This document shows positions 25,974 to 42,167 of a stretch of DNA of 64,000 nt, piece after piece. Below the pieces are notes generated by a model, which was not told the DNA's origin, made no database searches, and worked only from the letters and a program-made list of their open reading frames with translations. Position 1 is the stretch's first letter. Every line of letters starts with the position of its first letter. Both the position numbers and the translations under genes were made by a program. Source of the DNA: the human T2T-CHM13v2.0 reference genome, Homo sapiens. The DNA lies in assembly GCF_009914755.1 (NCBI RefSeq), contig NC_060936.1. The stretch is one strand, 5' to 3'.

Positions 25974-27750
25974 TGAGGCCAGCATCATCCTGATACCAAA
26001 ACCTGACATAGATACAACCAAAAAATAAAACTTCATGCCAACATCCCTGATGAACTTCAATGCAAAAATCCTCAATAAAATACTGGCAAACTGAATCCAG
26101 CAGCACATCCAAAAGCTTATCCACCATGATCAAGTCAGCTTCATTCCTGGGATGCAAGGTTGGTTCAACATATGCAAATCAATAAATGTAATTTATCACA
26201 TAAACAGAACTAAAGACCAAACCACATGAATATATCAATAGATGCAGAAAAGGTCTTTGATAAATTCAACATCCCTTCATGTTAAAAACTCTCAATAATC
26301 TAGATATTGAAGGAACATACATCAAAATAATGAGCCATTTATGACAAGCCCACAGCCAATATCATACTGCATGGACAAAAGCTGGGAGCATTCCCACTGA
26401 AAACTGGTACAAGACAAGAATTCCCTCTCTGATCACTCTTATTTAACATAGTGTTGGATGTTTAGGCCAGGGGAATCAGGTAAATGAAAGAAATAAAGGA
26501 TATTCAAATAAGAAGTGAAGAAGTCAAATTGTCTTTGTCTGTAGATGACATGAGCCTCTATCTAGAAAACCCCATTGTCTCAGCCTAAAAGCTTCTTAAG
26601 CTGATAAGTAACTTCAGCAAAATCTCATGATATAAAATCAATGTGCAAGAATTACAAGTAGTCCAATACACCAACAACAGACAAGCAGAGAGACAAATTA
26701 TGAATGAACTCCCTTTCCCAATTGCTACAAAGAGAATACAATGCCTCAGAATATACCTAACAAGGGAAGTGAAGGGCCTCTTCAAGAAGAACTACCAACC
26801 ACTGCTGAAGAAAATCAGGGAGGATCAAACAAATGGAAAAACCTTCAATACCCATGATAGGAAATATCAATATTGTGAAAATGGACATACTGCCCAAAGT
26901 AATTTTTAGATTCAATGCTATTCCCGTTAAACTACCATTGATATTCTTCAAAGAATTGGAAAAAACTATTTTAAAATTTCTATGGAACCAAACAAAGCTT
27001 GTAGAGCCAAGACAATTCTAAGCAAAAAGAACAAAGCTGGAGGCATCATGCTACCTGACCTCAAATTATATTACAAGGCTACAGTAACCAAAACAGTATG
27101 GTATTGTTACAAAACAGACACATAAACCAATGAAACAGAATAGAGAAGTCAGAAATAAGACCTCACATCTACAACCATATAATCTTTAACAAACCTAACA
27201 AAAACAAGCAACAGGGAAGTTAGTCCCTATTTAATAAATGGTGCCGGGTAAACTAACTAGCCATATGTAGAAAATTGAAACTGGACCCTTTCATTACACC
27301 TTGTACAAAAATTAACTACAGATGGATTAAAGGCTTAAATGTAAAACCAAAAACTGTAAAAATCCTAGAAGAAAATTTAGGCAGTATTATTCAGGACATA
27401 GGCACGGGCAAGCATTTCATGACAGAAACACCAAAAGCAATTACAACACAAGCAAAAATTGGCAAATGAGATCTAATTAAACTAAAGAGTTTCTGCATAG
27501 CAAAATAAATTATTATCAGAACAAACAGACAACCTACAAATGGGACAAAATGTTTGCAATCTATCCATCTGACAAAGGTTTAGTATCCAGAGTCTACAAA
27601 GAACTTAAACAAATTTACAAGAACAAAAAAATTCCATTGAAAATTAGGCAAAGGACATGAACAGACTCTTCTTAAAACAAGACATATATGCAGCAAATAA
27701 ACATATAAAAAGAAGCTCAACATCACTCATCATTAGATAAATGCAAATCA

Positions 27751-30710
27751 TTTCTTTTTTTTAATTTCTTCTTCTAAAAAAATGGGATACATGTGCAGAA
27801 TGTGCAGGTTTGTTACATAGGTATATGTATGACGTATGCCATAGTGGTTTGCTGCACCTATTCACCCATTCTCTAAGCTCTCTCTCCTTACCCCGCACCC
27901 TGCAACAGGCCTTTGTGTGTGTTGTTTCCCTCTCTGTGTCCATGTGTTCTCAATGTTCAACTCCCACTTATGAGTGAGAACATGAGGTGTTTGGTTTTTC
28001 TATTCCTGTGTTAGTTTGCTGAGGATGATGGCCTCCAGCTTCATTCATGTCCCTGCAAAGGACATGTTCTCTTTCCCTTTTGGGTGCATACTATTCCATG
28101 GTGTATACACACCACATTTTCTTCACCCAATCTATCATTGATGGGCATTTGGGTTGGCCATATCTTTTCTATTGTAAATAGTGCTGCAATAAACATACAT
28201 GTCCATGTGTCTTTATAGTAGAAAGATTTATATTCATTGGGTATATACCCAGTAATGGGATTTCTGGGTCAAATAGTATTTCTGGTTCTAGATCCCTGAA
28301 GAATCACCATACTGTCTTCAACAATGATTTAACTAATGTACATTACCATCAACAGTGTAAAAGTGTTCCTATTTCTCCACAGCCTCTCCAGCATCTATTG
28401 TTTCCTGACTTTTTAATAATTGCCATTCTGACTGGCATGAGATAGTATCTCATTGTGGTTTTCATTTGCATTTCTCTGATGATCAGTGAGGTTGAGCTTT
28501 TTTTCATGTTTGTTGGCCGCATAAATGTCTTCTTTTGAGAAGTGTCTGTTCATATCCTTTGCCCACTTTTTGATGGGGTTGTTTGTCTTTGTCTTGTAAA
28601 TAATTTTAAGTTTCTTGTACATTCTGGGTATTAGACCTTTGTGAGATGGATAGATTGCAAAAAATTTCTCCCATTCTATAGATTGCCTGTTTGTTCTGAT
28701 GATAGTTTATTTTGCTGTGCAGAAGCTCTTTAGTTTAATTAGATCCCATTTATCAATTTTGGCTTTTGTTGCAATTGCTTTTGGTGCTTTTGTCATGAAG
28801 TCTTTGCCCATGTCTATGTCCTGAATGGTATTGCCTAGGTTTTCTTCTAGGGTTTTTATGGTTTTGGGTTTTACTTTTAAGTCTTTAATCAATCTCAAGT
28901 TCATTTTTGTATAAAGTGTAAAGAAGGAGTCCAGTTTCAGTTTTCTGCATACGGCTAGCCAGTTTTCCTGGCACCATTTACTGAATAGGAGATTCTTTCC
29001 CCATTGCTTGTTTTTGTCAGGTTTGTCAGAGATCAGATGGTTGTAGAGGTGTGGTATTATTTCTGAGGTCTCTATTCTGCTGCATTGGTCTATATGTCTG
29101 TTTTGGTGTCAGTACCATGCTGTTTTGGTTACTGTAGGCTTGTAGTATACTTTGAAATCAGATAGCATGATACTTCCGCCTTGCTTCTTTTGCTTAGAAT
29201 TGTCTTGGCTATATGGGGTCTTCTTTGATTTCATATCAAATTTAAAATTCTTTTTTCTAATTCTGTGAAGAATTTCAATGGTAGTTTGATGGGAATAGCA
29301 TTAAATCTATGAATTACTTTGGGCAGTATGGCCATTTTCACGATATTGATTCTTCTTATCCATGAGGATAGCATGTTTTTCCATTTGTTTGTGTCCTCTC
29401 ATTATTTCCTTGGGCAGTGGTTTGCAGTTCTCCTTGAAGAGGTCCTTCACATCCCTTGTTAGCTGTATTCGGAGTTATTTTATTCTCTTTTTAGCAATTG
29501 TGAGTGGGAGTTCATTCATGATTTGGCTGTCTGCTTGTGTATTGTTGGTGTAAAGTAATGTTTGTGATTTTTGCACACTGATTTTATACCCTGAGACTTA
29601 GCTGAAGTTGATTACCAGTTCGAGAAATTTGTGGGTTAATAGAGTTTCTAAGTATAAAATTTTTCATCTGTAAACAGAGACACTTGATTTCCTCTCTTCC
29701 TATTTGAATACCCTTTATTTCTTTCTCTTGCCTGATTGCCTGGCCAGAACCTCCAATACTTTGTTGAATAGGAGTGAAGAGAGAGGACATTCTTTTTTTG
29801 TACCAGTTTTCAAAGGGAATGCTTCCAGCTCTTGCTCATTCAATGTGGTATTGGCTTTGGGCTTGTCACAAATAGCTCTTATTATTTGAGATATGGACCA
29901 TCAATACCTAGTTTATCGAGAGTTTTTAACATAAAGGGATGTTGAATTTTATCATAGGCCTTTTAATGCATCCATTGAGATAATCATGTGGTTATTGTCT
30001 TTGGTTCTGTTTATGTGATGGATTATGTTTATTTATTTGCATATGTTAAACAAGCCTTGCATACGAGGGATGAAGCCAACTTGATCATGGGATAAGTTTT
30101 TCGATGCGCTGCTGGATTTGGCTTGCCAGTATTTTATTGAGGATATTCACCCTGATGTTTATCAGGGATATTGGCCTGAAGTTGTCTTTTTTGTTGTTGT
30201 TGTGTCTTTTCCCAGTTTTGGTATCAAGCTGATGCTGGCTTCACAAAATGGGTTAGGGAAGAGTCTCTCCTTTTTCAATTGTTTGGAATAGTTTCAGAAG
30301 GAATCGTACAAGCTCTTCTGTTTATTTCTGGTAGAATTGAGCTTTGAATCCATCTGGTCCTGGGATTTTTTTGGTTGGTAGGTGATTAATTACTCCCTCA
30401 ATTTCAGAGCTCGTTATTGGTCTATTCAGGGATTTGACTTCTTCCTGGTTTAGTCTTGGTAGGGTGTATGCATCCAGGAAATTATCCACCTCTTTAGATT
30501 TTCTAATGTATTTGCATAGAGGTGTTTATAGTATTTTCTGATGGTAGTTTGCGTTTCTGTCTGGTCAGTGGCGATATCCCTTTTGTAATTTTTTATTATG
30601 TCTATTTGATTCTTCTCTCTTTTCTTATTAGTCTAGCTAGTGGTCTATCCATTTTGTTAATTTTTTCAAATAACCAGCTACTGGATTCAGTGATTTTTTG
30701 GAGGGTTTTG
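27751..30710 (-). mobile_element. 5'-truncated L1PA8-like element inserted antisense in the L1PA host
   Basis: T-tail then aaatgggatacatgtgcagaatgtgcaggtttgttacatagg; ORF2 remnants (ORF 28413-28622 [19 protein letters not shown]); TSD aaatgcaaat at 27739-27748 and 30711-30720. Confidence 0.92.
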
Positions 30711-31447
30711 AAATGCAAATACAAACCACAATGAAATGTCATCTCAAGTCAGTCAAAATGGCGATTATTAGAGTCAATAAACAACAGATGCCAGTGAGGT
30801 TGTGGATAAATAGGAATGTTTTTACACTGTTGGTGGTAATGTAAATGAGGTCATTTACTGTGGAAGAAAGTGTGATGATTCCATAAAGATCTAGAACCAG
30901 AAATACATTTGACCTAGCAATCCTTTTAATGGATATATACCCAAAGGAATATAAATAATTTTATTATAAAGATACATGCACGCATATGTTTCTTGCAGCA
31001 CTATTCACAATAGCAAAGACATGGAATCAACTTGAATGCCCATCAGTGATAGTCTGGATAAAGAAAATATGGTATGTATACACCATGAGATACTGTGTAT
31101 CCATGAAAAGGAATGAGATTGGTTTTCTGCAGGGACATAGATGGAGCTGGAAGCCATTAGCCTCAGCAAATTAATGCAGGCATAGAAAACCGCACACCCC
31201 ATGTTCTCATTTATAAGTGGGAGTTGAATGATGAGAACACATGGACAAAAGGAGGGAAACAACACACACTAAGGCCTGTTGGGAGGGAGAGTATCAGGAA
31301 AAATACCTAATGCATGCTGGCCTTAATACCTAGACGATGTGTTGATAGGTGCAGCAAACCACCATGGCACACATTTATCTACATAACAAACCTGCACATC
31401 CTGCACATGTATCCCAGAACTTAAAATTTTAAAAAAGCTGGTCTTTC

Positions 31448-31959
31448 AAACAAATGTTGCTGGCTCAACTAGAAATCTACATACAAATAAATAAGTGTGG
31501 TACCAGACCTTACACACTTTACAAAATTAAATCAAAATAAATTATAAACCTAAATGTAAAGCTCAAAAATATAAAATTTTTAGAAGATAACATAGGGAAA
31601 ACATACATCATCTTGTATATGGTGATGACTTTTTAGATTCAACACCAAAAACATGATCTATGAAAAATTAATTGATAAACTGAACTTCATTAAAATTAAA
31701 AATTTCTTTTCTTATAAGACACTGCCAAAGCAAGGTAAAGATAAGCCACAGTCTGGAAGAATATATTTGCAGAAGATACATCTGATAAAGAACTCTTTTC
31801 CAAAATATGTAAAAACCTCTTAAAACTCAACAATACTAAAATAACCTAATTTTAAAAATGGACCAAAGACCACAACAGACACCTCATCATAGAAGATATA
31901 CAGATGGCAAATAAGGATAAGAAAAGATGTTCCACATTGTAATATGACATCAGAGAAAT
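31448..31959 (+). mobile_element. L1MC host element, ORF2 (segment 3), 3'-truncated
   Basis: Resumes where segment 2 stopped (aaacaaatgttgctgg...cagaccttacac) and ends at catcagagaaat. Confidence 0.85.
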
Positions 31960-31960
31960 C

Positions 31961-32980
31961 TGTTTCTGCTGTTTGCCAGGTTAAGGATGTTTTCTTAGTT
32001 TCTTCAATTGCTTAGATATTTTATCATTAATGAATATTAAATTATGTCAAATGCCTTTATGCATCTTTAGCATAATCACTTGTGTTTTCTTCTTTATTCT
32101 GTAAATATCATGGACTGCATTGATTAATTTTTAAATAGCTTTATTGAGATATAAATTAGTTACCATAAAATTTATCTTTCACTTAAGTACACAAATCATT
32201 GATTTCAGAAAATATATATAGGGGTACAACCATTACTACAATCCTGTTTCAGAAGATTACCATCATCTAAACTAGCCTTTGTGCCAGTTCACGATTATTC
32301 TTTTGTCTCCTTTTCAGCCTATGCAATCTTCCCCATACTTAAGCAATCCACATATTTAACATTTCTGATATTCTTTGTATCTTTCTATTAATTTAATTTA
32401 TGGGATAGTGTTATTTTATTTCAGGCTAAAGAAGTTCCTTTAGTATTTCTTGTAAGGTAAATCTGCTAGCAACAAATTCTAATAGTGTCTGTTTACATGG
32501 TATTAATTCAGTTTTTATTTTTGGAGTAGTATTATCTGGATGTAGGATTCTTAGAAGAAATTGTTCGTTCTGAGCCTTAAGTGGGTTCTTCCACTTCTTT
32601 CTTCTGTTTGCTATTATTTCTAATATAAAACAGCCTTCAAGAGAATTGAAGCTCCCATTGAATCATTTTCTGTTGCTGCATTCAAAATTTTCACTTTGTC
32701 TTTGTTTTCCAACAGTTTGATTGTAAATTTCTAGAAGTGGGTTTATTTTGTTTATCTTATTTGAAATGTGCTGAAACTCTTGGATATGTAGACTCAGCTT
32801 GCATAAAATTTGGGAAGTTTTAAATTATTTATCAAATATTTTTCTGCTCTCCCTCTCCAGTTCCTTAGAACTCTGATTACACATATTTTTGTAAATCCAG
32901 TGTTTGTCCAAAGTTCTCTGAGGCTTGGTGTATTTATTTTTTAATCTTTACATTTTTTTCGTCACATGAAATAATTTACT
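31961..32980 (-). mobile_element. Cluster of old antisense L1 fragments (ORF2 piece, 3' end 32130-32340, ORF1 piece 32400-32980)
   Basis: tgtcaaatgcctttatgcatct; aatagctttattgagatata; cctttagtatttcttgtaaggtaaatctgctagcaacaaattct. Confidence 0.7.
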
Positions 32981-32999
32981 GCTAGTTAGAATTATACTA

Positions 33000-33890
33000 T
33001 GTCAGATAGTGCAGTACTGTTTCAAGTATAAAAAAGAGTCAATAGAATAAAATTAAGAGTGCAGAAATATATTGGCACCAAATATATGACAAAAGATACA
33101 ATGCTGGTTGATGCAGAAAGAATGGACAAGTCAATAAATAGTTTCACAAAAGTTATTTTACCAAAGAAAGGGAATTTTAAGTTAAATTCCCCAGTAAAAG
33201 TCAATACTAGGTGTATTAAAATTTTAAATGTGAAATGTAATACTTTGAAAGTTTTAAAAGCTTTCATATAAAAATAGCTTTATGATCTCAGAAGAAGGAG
33301 GGTTTCTTAAACAAGAACATGAAAAGCATACATCATAAAAAAGCTAATAAGTTGGATTGCTTATATTAAAGTCTTCTTTGCATCAAAATACATGATAGGA
33401 AAAAAAAGCCACACGCAGATAAAACATGGTTGAATGCATGTAACCAATGGTACCTAAAATATATTAAGATATTCTATAAATCAATAATAAAATAATGAAT
33501 ACAGAATTTAAAAAAGAATATACAAAATCAATACACAGAAATAGTACTAAAATCATTCTCAATCTAGTAATCAGCAGAAACTCAAAATTATAAGGTTATC
33601 ATTCCATAATTAGGACCAAAAATAATCACACAAATACATTCAGACATACACACTCACACACACAGCTACAAAGAAAAAAATCTTGATAGCATCAACTGTA
33701 CACATGGACATAGATTACCAGAATCCATATTCCACTATTATTAGAAATATAAATTGTTGCAATCACTTTGAAAAAATATTTAATATGTTTAATAAAGTTA
33801 AATATGCTTATACCTTCATAGTTCCACTATCAAGGGCTTACCCTCTTAAAATTCATTTTTATATCTGAGTTTAAGAAAACACATAAAATA
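33000..33890 (+). mobile_element. Old L1ME-like late-ORF2 fragment
   Basis: tttcttaaacaagaaca...aaattgttgcaatcactttgaaaa, colinear with L1 ORF2. Confidence 0.6.
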
Positions 33891-33954
33891 ACAGCCAAGT
33901 GGGATTAAAAAATAATGGAGAGAAAGTAGACATACTGAGTATAAACATATCTGG

Positions 33955-34047
33955 CTTTTAATTTTTAAATTTATAATTGACACATAATAATTGTACTTAT
34001 TTATGGGGTACAATGTGATGTTTCAAGGCATGTATTCATAGCACGAT
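33955..34047 (-). mobile_element. L1MA 3' tip
   Basis: aattgacacataataattgtacttatttatggggtacaatgtgatgtttc. Confidence 0.75.
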
Positions 34048-34377
34048 TGTTGCAGGACTTTTCCTCTGTTCAGCTAAAGACGAGGGTCTTGCCCATCCCA
34101 CGGCCATGAAAATTTAGGCTTGCAGATGGTTTAAGAGGTGAGTAAAGCAGGGTTTTATTGGGTTAAAAAAACAGAAAAGGGGGAAACAGGGACTCTCTCA
34201 AGGCCAGAGTCCCTGCTAGAGTGCTTCTCACCCAGCCACTGGAATTCCGGATTCCACACAGCAAGAGGAAGGGCCAGGCTCCTCCCTGCTGCAAATAGCT
34301 CAAAGCTCTGTGGCTCCACCCGACTGCGCTGGCTAGTTGGAGTTTTTCGGGGGAGCCTATCCCATCTGGTTGTCTCA
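34048..34377 (-). mobile_element. MER61 (A/B-like) 3' LTR
   Basis: tgttgcaggacttttcc...ggttgtctca; minus-strand AATAAA (tttattggg); followed by ttccc (remnant of a minus-strand polypurine tract). Confidence 0.88.
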
Positions 34378-38050
<3,673 letters not shown>

Positions 38051-38648
38051 AAAAACTTTAAAAATAGAGGAAAGAGCTTTCTTTGCACATAAACTTTATA
38101 AACTCAAGAAATAAGTATTACATTCTCTAACTAAAGAGTTCCTCTGGACTTAACCCAGACTACTGCTTTTTAGTGATGAATATTGCCCTTGTCCAACAGT
38201 CCATACAGAAGACTCTGCGTTTTATGCCAAATAATATATTAATATCAATAATTAATTTTTATTTAATAAGGCTTGTTTTCCAAGGAAGAAAAGTTTATGT
38301 TTTCAAACAAATTTTTAATTTAAAAATTGTATGTACTTAAAATGGTTTTATCTATCCTGTTATAGTAAAACCTAAATTCCTAATTATCATGTAAATGTTT
38401 CCTAGTTTTTTCAATTATACCTTTCTATCTGTCCAACAACATTAATGTTTGTTTCCCAAAGTCCAAAAGATTAATAGTTTACATATATATATGTGTATAT
38501 AAATATGTGTATATATGTATGTGTAGAAATTATATGTATAACAATAAATGTCTTTTCATAATTTTATTTATGTGATTTAATGATTTTTTTTGTCCCTACA
38601 TCAAATGTAAGCTTAAGAGAATAAAAGGAGTGTTACTTGGTTTTTGCT

Positions 38649-40240
38649 TGCTAGTGGTGGCCTATCAGGAGTGGCCACTGCCATGGTGCCAGCTGCAGTC
38701 AGGGAGGTGCTACTGGGACTGCATGCTCCATGGGGATGGAAGGAGCTGGGGGCAGGAAGGAGCTGGGGGCAGGAAGGAGCTGGGAGCAGGCAGGAGCCCT
38801 ACCCTTTGAGGCACAGCTGCAGCCACCCAAGCCTCAATGGTGGACCCAGGCATCTCTGCCCTCTCAGGGGTCCAGGAAGAATTCCTCCCTCTGCAGACTC
38901 AGAAGTGCCTGGTCCTGCTGCCTGGCCTCTCTTTGCTCTCAGCACCTGCTCTCATATCAGAGAAAAGTTGAGGCCAGGCCTGAGTGCCATTGCAACTCAG
39001 CTGGGTGTTTGCGAGACTGCAGAAGTACTGACATGCTAGCCCCCTGCCACCTTGGCCCCATCCTTACATTGGGTGCCAATAAGCATAGGAGGGAGCCTGA
39101 GGTGGCACTGAGAAAAGCTTGGTGCTGATGTGCAGGTACCCCTCAGCACAAACAGCCTGGGTGCTATGAACAGTGGCAGGAGGCAGACAGGCTGCTGGCT
39201 GGAAGAAGATGGGTCCCCAGTGAAGCCCCACCTACAAGATGGGGAAGGCCTGAAGTCTAAGGGCTGGGTTATGGGTCCTGTGGACTAGAGTGGGAGCTCG
39301 TGGTGCTTTTTCTGGGTCTACCCATGGCTGCCTATGGACAAATTGGCATGCACTTCCTCCCTTCTGAGGTTCATAAAAGCCTGGGAATCAGCCAGATGAT
39401 GGCATGTCCTGTCTGCAGAGAGGAGCTACCCACTCCAGGGTCTCCTCTCTACTGATTACTGAGCAGATATCAGGACTACCAGCTGTGGAGAGAAGCTACC
39501 CACTCCACAGTTTCCTCTCTGCTGATAGCTGAACACTCATTGGGACACCCTGCCTGCAGAGAGGAGGTACCTAATGTGGGTCTTCTCTGAGCTGTTCTGT
39601 CACTCAATAAAGCTCCTCTTCATGTTGCCCACCCTCCACTTGTTCACATACCTCATTCTTCCTGGATGTAGGATGAGAACTTGGGACCTGTTGAATGGCA
39701 GGTCTAATAGAGCTGTAACACAAACAGGACTAAAACACATACCTCTCTCACCATATAACGTGTTACAAGAAAGAGAGAAGAGATAAGGAGAGAAGAGCTG
39801 CAGCCCTGTGGGGACCCCAGACCTAGGAGCTCCCCAAGCCAGGGCTGTGACACCTTCTCTGGGGCTCTGCAGTTTCCGGCGTCTCCAAGCTTCTGGAGCC
39901 ACCATGTTTTCTAGTGCAAGTTGTGGAAGCTGCTTGCAGTATGCCTGGTCCAGCTGTAGCCTCACAGGGAGCGAGCCCCCATGCCAGCACCTAGAGCTGC
40001 CTGCCCAACTGCAGCCAGCATACCTGGCTGTGCAGAGTAGCTGGACCCAACACTCACTCACTCACACCCCCTTCACCACTCCACTCGCCCTGGGCAGGCA
40101 TGGGATCCATCCTGCAGCGCAAGTCAAATGCAGCCTGCCAGGCTGATTGAGCCCACAAGCCCAAGCAAAACTCAGGCAAAGGCACCACTGGCCAGAAACA
40201 TTTCCAGCTGGAGGAGTGATACCCCAAGGATCCTGTGACA
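38649..40240 (+). mobile_element. MER52 (A-like) long solo LTR
   Basis: GC-rich, about 1.6 kb; gagaggagctacccactcc repeats; caataaagctcc poly(A) signal; ends caaaggcaccactggcc...ccccaaggatcctgtgaca. Confidence 0.85.
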
Positions 40241-40434
40241 GTATTTAGGTCCAGGCCTTCTCTGTATAAGTTCAGAAAGAATATTATAAAAATGTATGAA
40301 TAAAGTAGAATTGTATGTATTAAAGATCATTCTATATTATCCAATATAGGTGAGCAAATAAAATCATTGCCTGAGAGTTGCACAATGCTGATTTATATCC
40401 CTCTAACTTATAAGGTTGGTTTTTGCTGTGAGAT

Positions 40435-40734
40435 TTTCTTTTTTTTTCATTTTGAGATGGAGTCTTGCTCTGTCCCCCAGGCTGGAGTGCGGTGGTGCCA
40501 TCTCGGCTCACTGCAAGCTCTGCCTCCTGGGTTCACACCATTCTGCTGCCTCAGCCTCCCAAGTAGCTGGAACTACAGGCACCCACCACCACGCCCGGCT
40601 AATTTTTTGTATTTTTAGTACAGACAGGCTTTTACCGTGTTATCCAGGATGGTCTCGCTCTCCTGACCTCATGATCCGCCAGCCTCGGCCTCCCAAAGTG
40701 CTGGGATTACAGGTGTGAACTACCGCACCCGGCC
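40435..40734 (-). mobile_element. AluY
   Basis: ctgcaagctctgcctcctgggttcacaccattct diagnostic; TSD gctgtgagat (40425-40434 / 40737-40746). Confidence 0.93.
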
Positions 40735-41749
40735 CAGCTGTGAGATGTTAAAAGTTAAACTACAAGCCCATCCTCTCATTTAATTGAACTTTGTCTTTAG
40801 CTCAAAAGATTATTTCAAATTAGAGAAAATGGCATCTATTACTTAGAAGTTTATTCAGTTTGAAAATTAATGAGTGGAGATTACAAGACCTTTTAGATTT
40901 TTATAGGTCAAGGGTTCTTTTCTGACTCTTAATTGAAAACCAGAGGGAAGCTTGAAGAAAATAAACAGGTCAATGTAAAAGAAAAGCAAAAGAAAGAGAA
41001 CATCAAGTCAAAAAACTTGGTTTATTTTACTTTGTTCTATTACCTGTGTTCTAGATCCAGTAATTTTATGACAATGGGATGGGGTAGAGAAAAACAAGTA
41101 TTGCATGTCCCTCCATCAAGCCATAGCAGTATTGTGGCAAACAAACAGTTTAGTTATCTAGTCAGGACCAAGTTTCCCAAATATATCTACTAATTTAGAG
41201 ATACTTGAAGTTTCTACTATTGCATTGACTTATTTTTATTGCATTGACATTATTTTTAAATTTTAATAATAAATTGCTCTGATAGATTATTATAAATTAT
41301 CATGTCCTAGGAATCCCAAGAAGCAAAAACCACAAATGAAAGCCATATGATTCCTTAAAATCAGTATATAAGACTCAGGGATACATATGAAGCAAACTCA
41401 TTTTCATAAAATTGACCAAGGAAAATGACCGTTACTGCAATGGTGAGAGATGAGAGGATCATGTTGGAGCTAATAGCACATAGCTAGTATGTGGAATGGG
41501 TCTTGAGTCACTTCATTTTTCTGTTAAATATAATAGTGACCACAGCTTGCTGGGGGACCTGTTACTCTCTAGGCCACAGATACTTGAATTAAACATGATT
41601 TCCAATGCAATAAAAATACTTCATTAGTTTTACCAGCAATCATTCTTTTAGCATCTACTTAACATGAGTCATTTCCTGTGCCCTATGTGAAAACTCAAGC
41701 AAGTATATGACTATGTTAGTCATAAAAATGTGTTATTCATATCTCTTAC

Positions 41750-42167
41750 TGTGGCAGACAGCTTAGTATTTTGATCGCCAAAGCTGTAGTCCTTTTGGGT
41801 TCATCAGTGAATCTCATGAGCTGCTTATGGTCAATATCTGAGCACATCAGGCATACTTGAAAGGGCCATTTGTGTTTATTAGCATATGAGACTCCTCTGA
41901 TAGACAACTTTGACTCAAAGACTTTCCACCTGCCAAGAGAAAAGTCTCTTAGAGATATTTGCAATCTGATACACTTCTCCCCATTATATCTCAATCACCT
42001 CATCTCCTTTAGAGAGACAGGAATAGGACCTGCTTTTGTGGTCTGAAGGCTGTCCCTGCATTCTCTGGTTCTCTCTCCTTTTTTCCATCGAGAATTTCTC
42101 CAATAACTATCTTGTAGATCTAATCCCATCTTGGCGTATGCTTTCTTGAATATCCAAAGCAACTCAA
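41750..42167 (+). mobile_element. LTR16-type ERVL solo LTR
   Basis: gactcctctgatagacaactttgactcaaagac; end tctaatcccatcttggcgtatgctttc...aactca. Confidence 0.7.

Larger units (their letters stand above)
19463..31432 (+). mobile_element. Full-length primate L1 (L1PA10/11-like) with 5'UTR, disrupted ORF1/ORF2 and three nested insertions
   Basis: Starts ggccaagatggc; EN-domain remnants in ORFs 22276-22569 and 22655-22960; 3' end gcagcaaaccaccatggcac...cccagaacttaaaa; 15-bp TSD aaaagatagtttttc (19447-19461) / aaaagctggtctttc (31433-31447). Confidence 0.92.

Noticed and set aside
34048-34377. p53 response element known from some MER61 subfamilies
   Set aside because: No paired RRRCWWGYYY decamers were visible in this copy
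38644-40146. GC-rich region with 110-150 aa ORFs as a gene or CpG island
   Set aside because: It is a MER52 LTR with CpGs largely decayed
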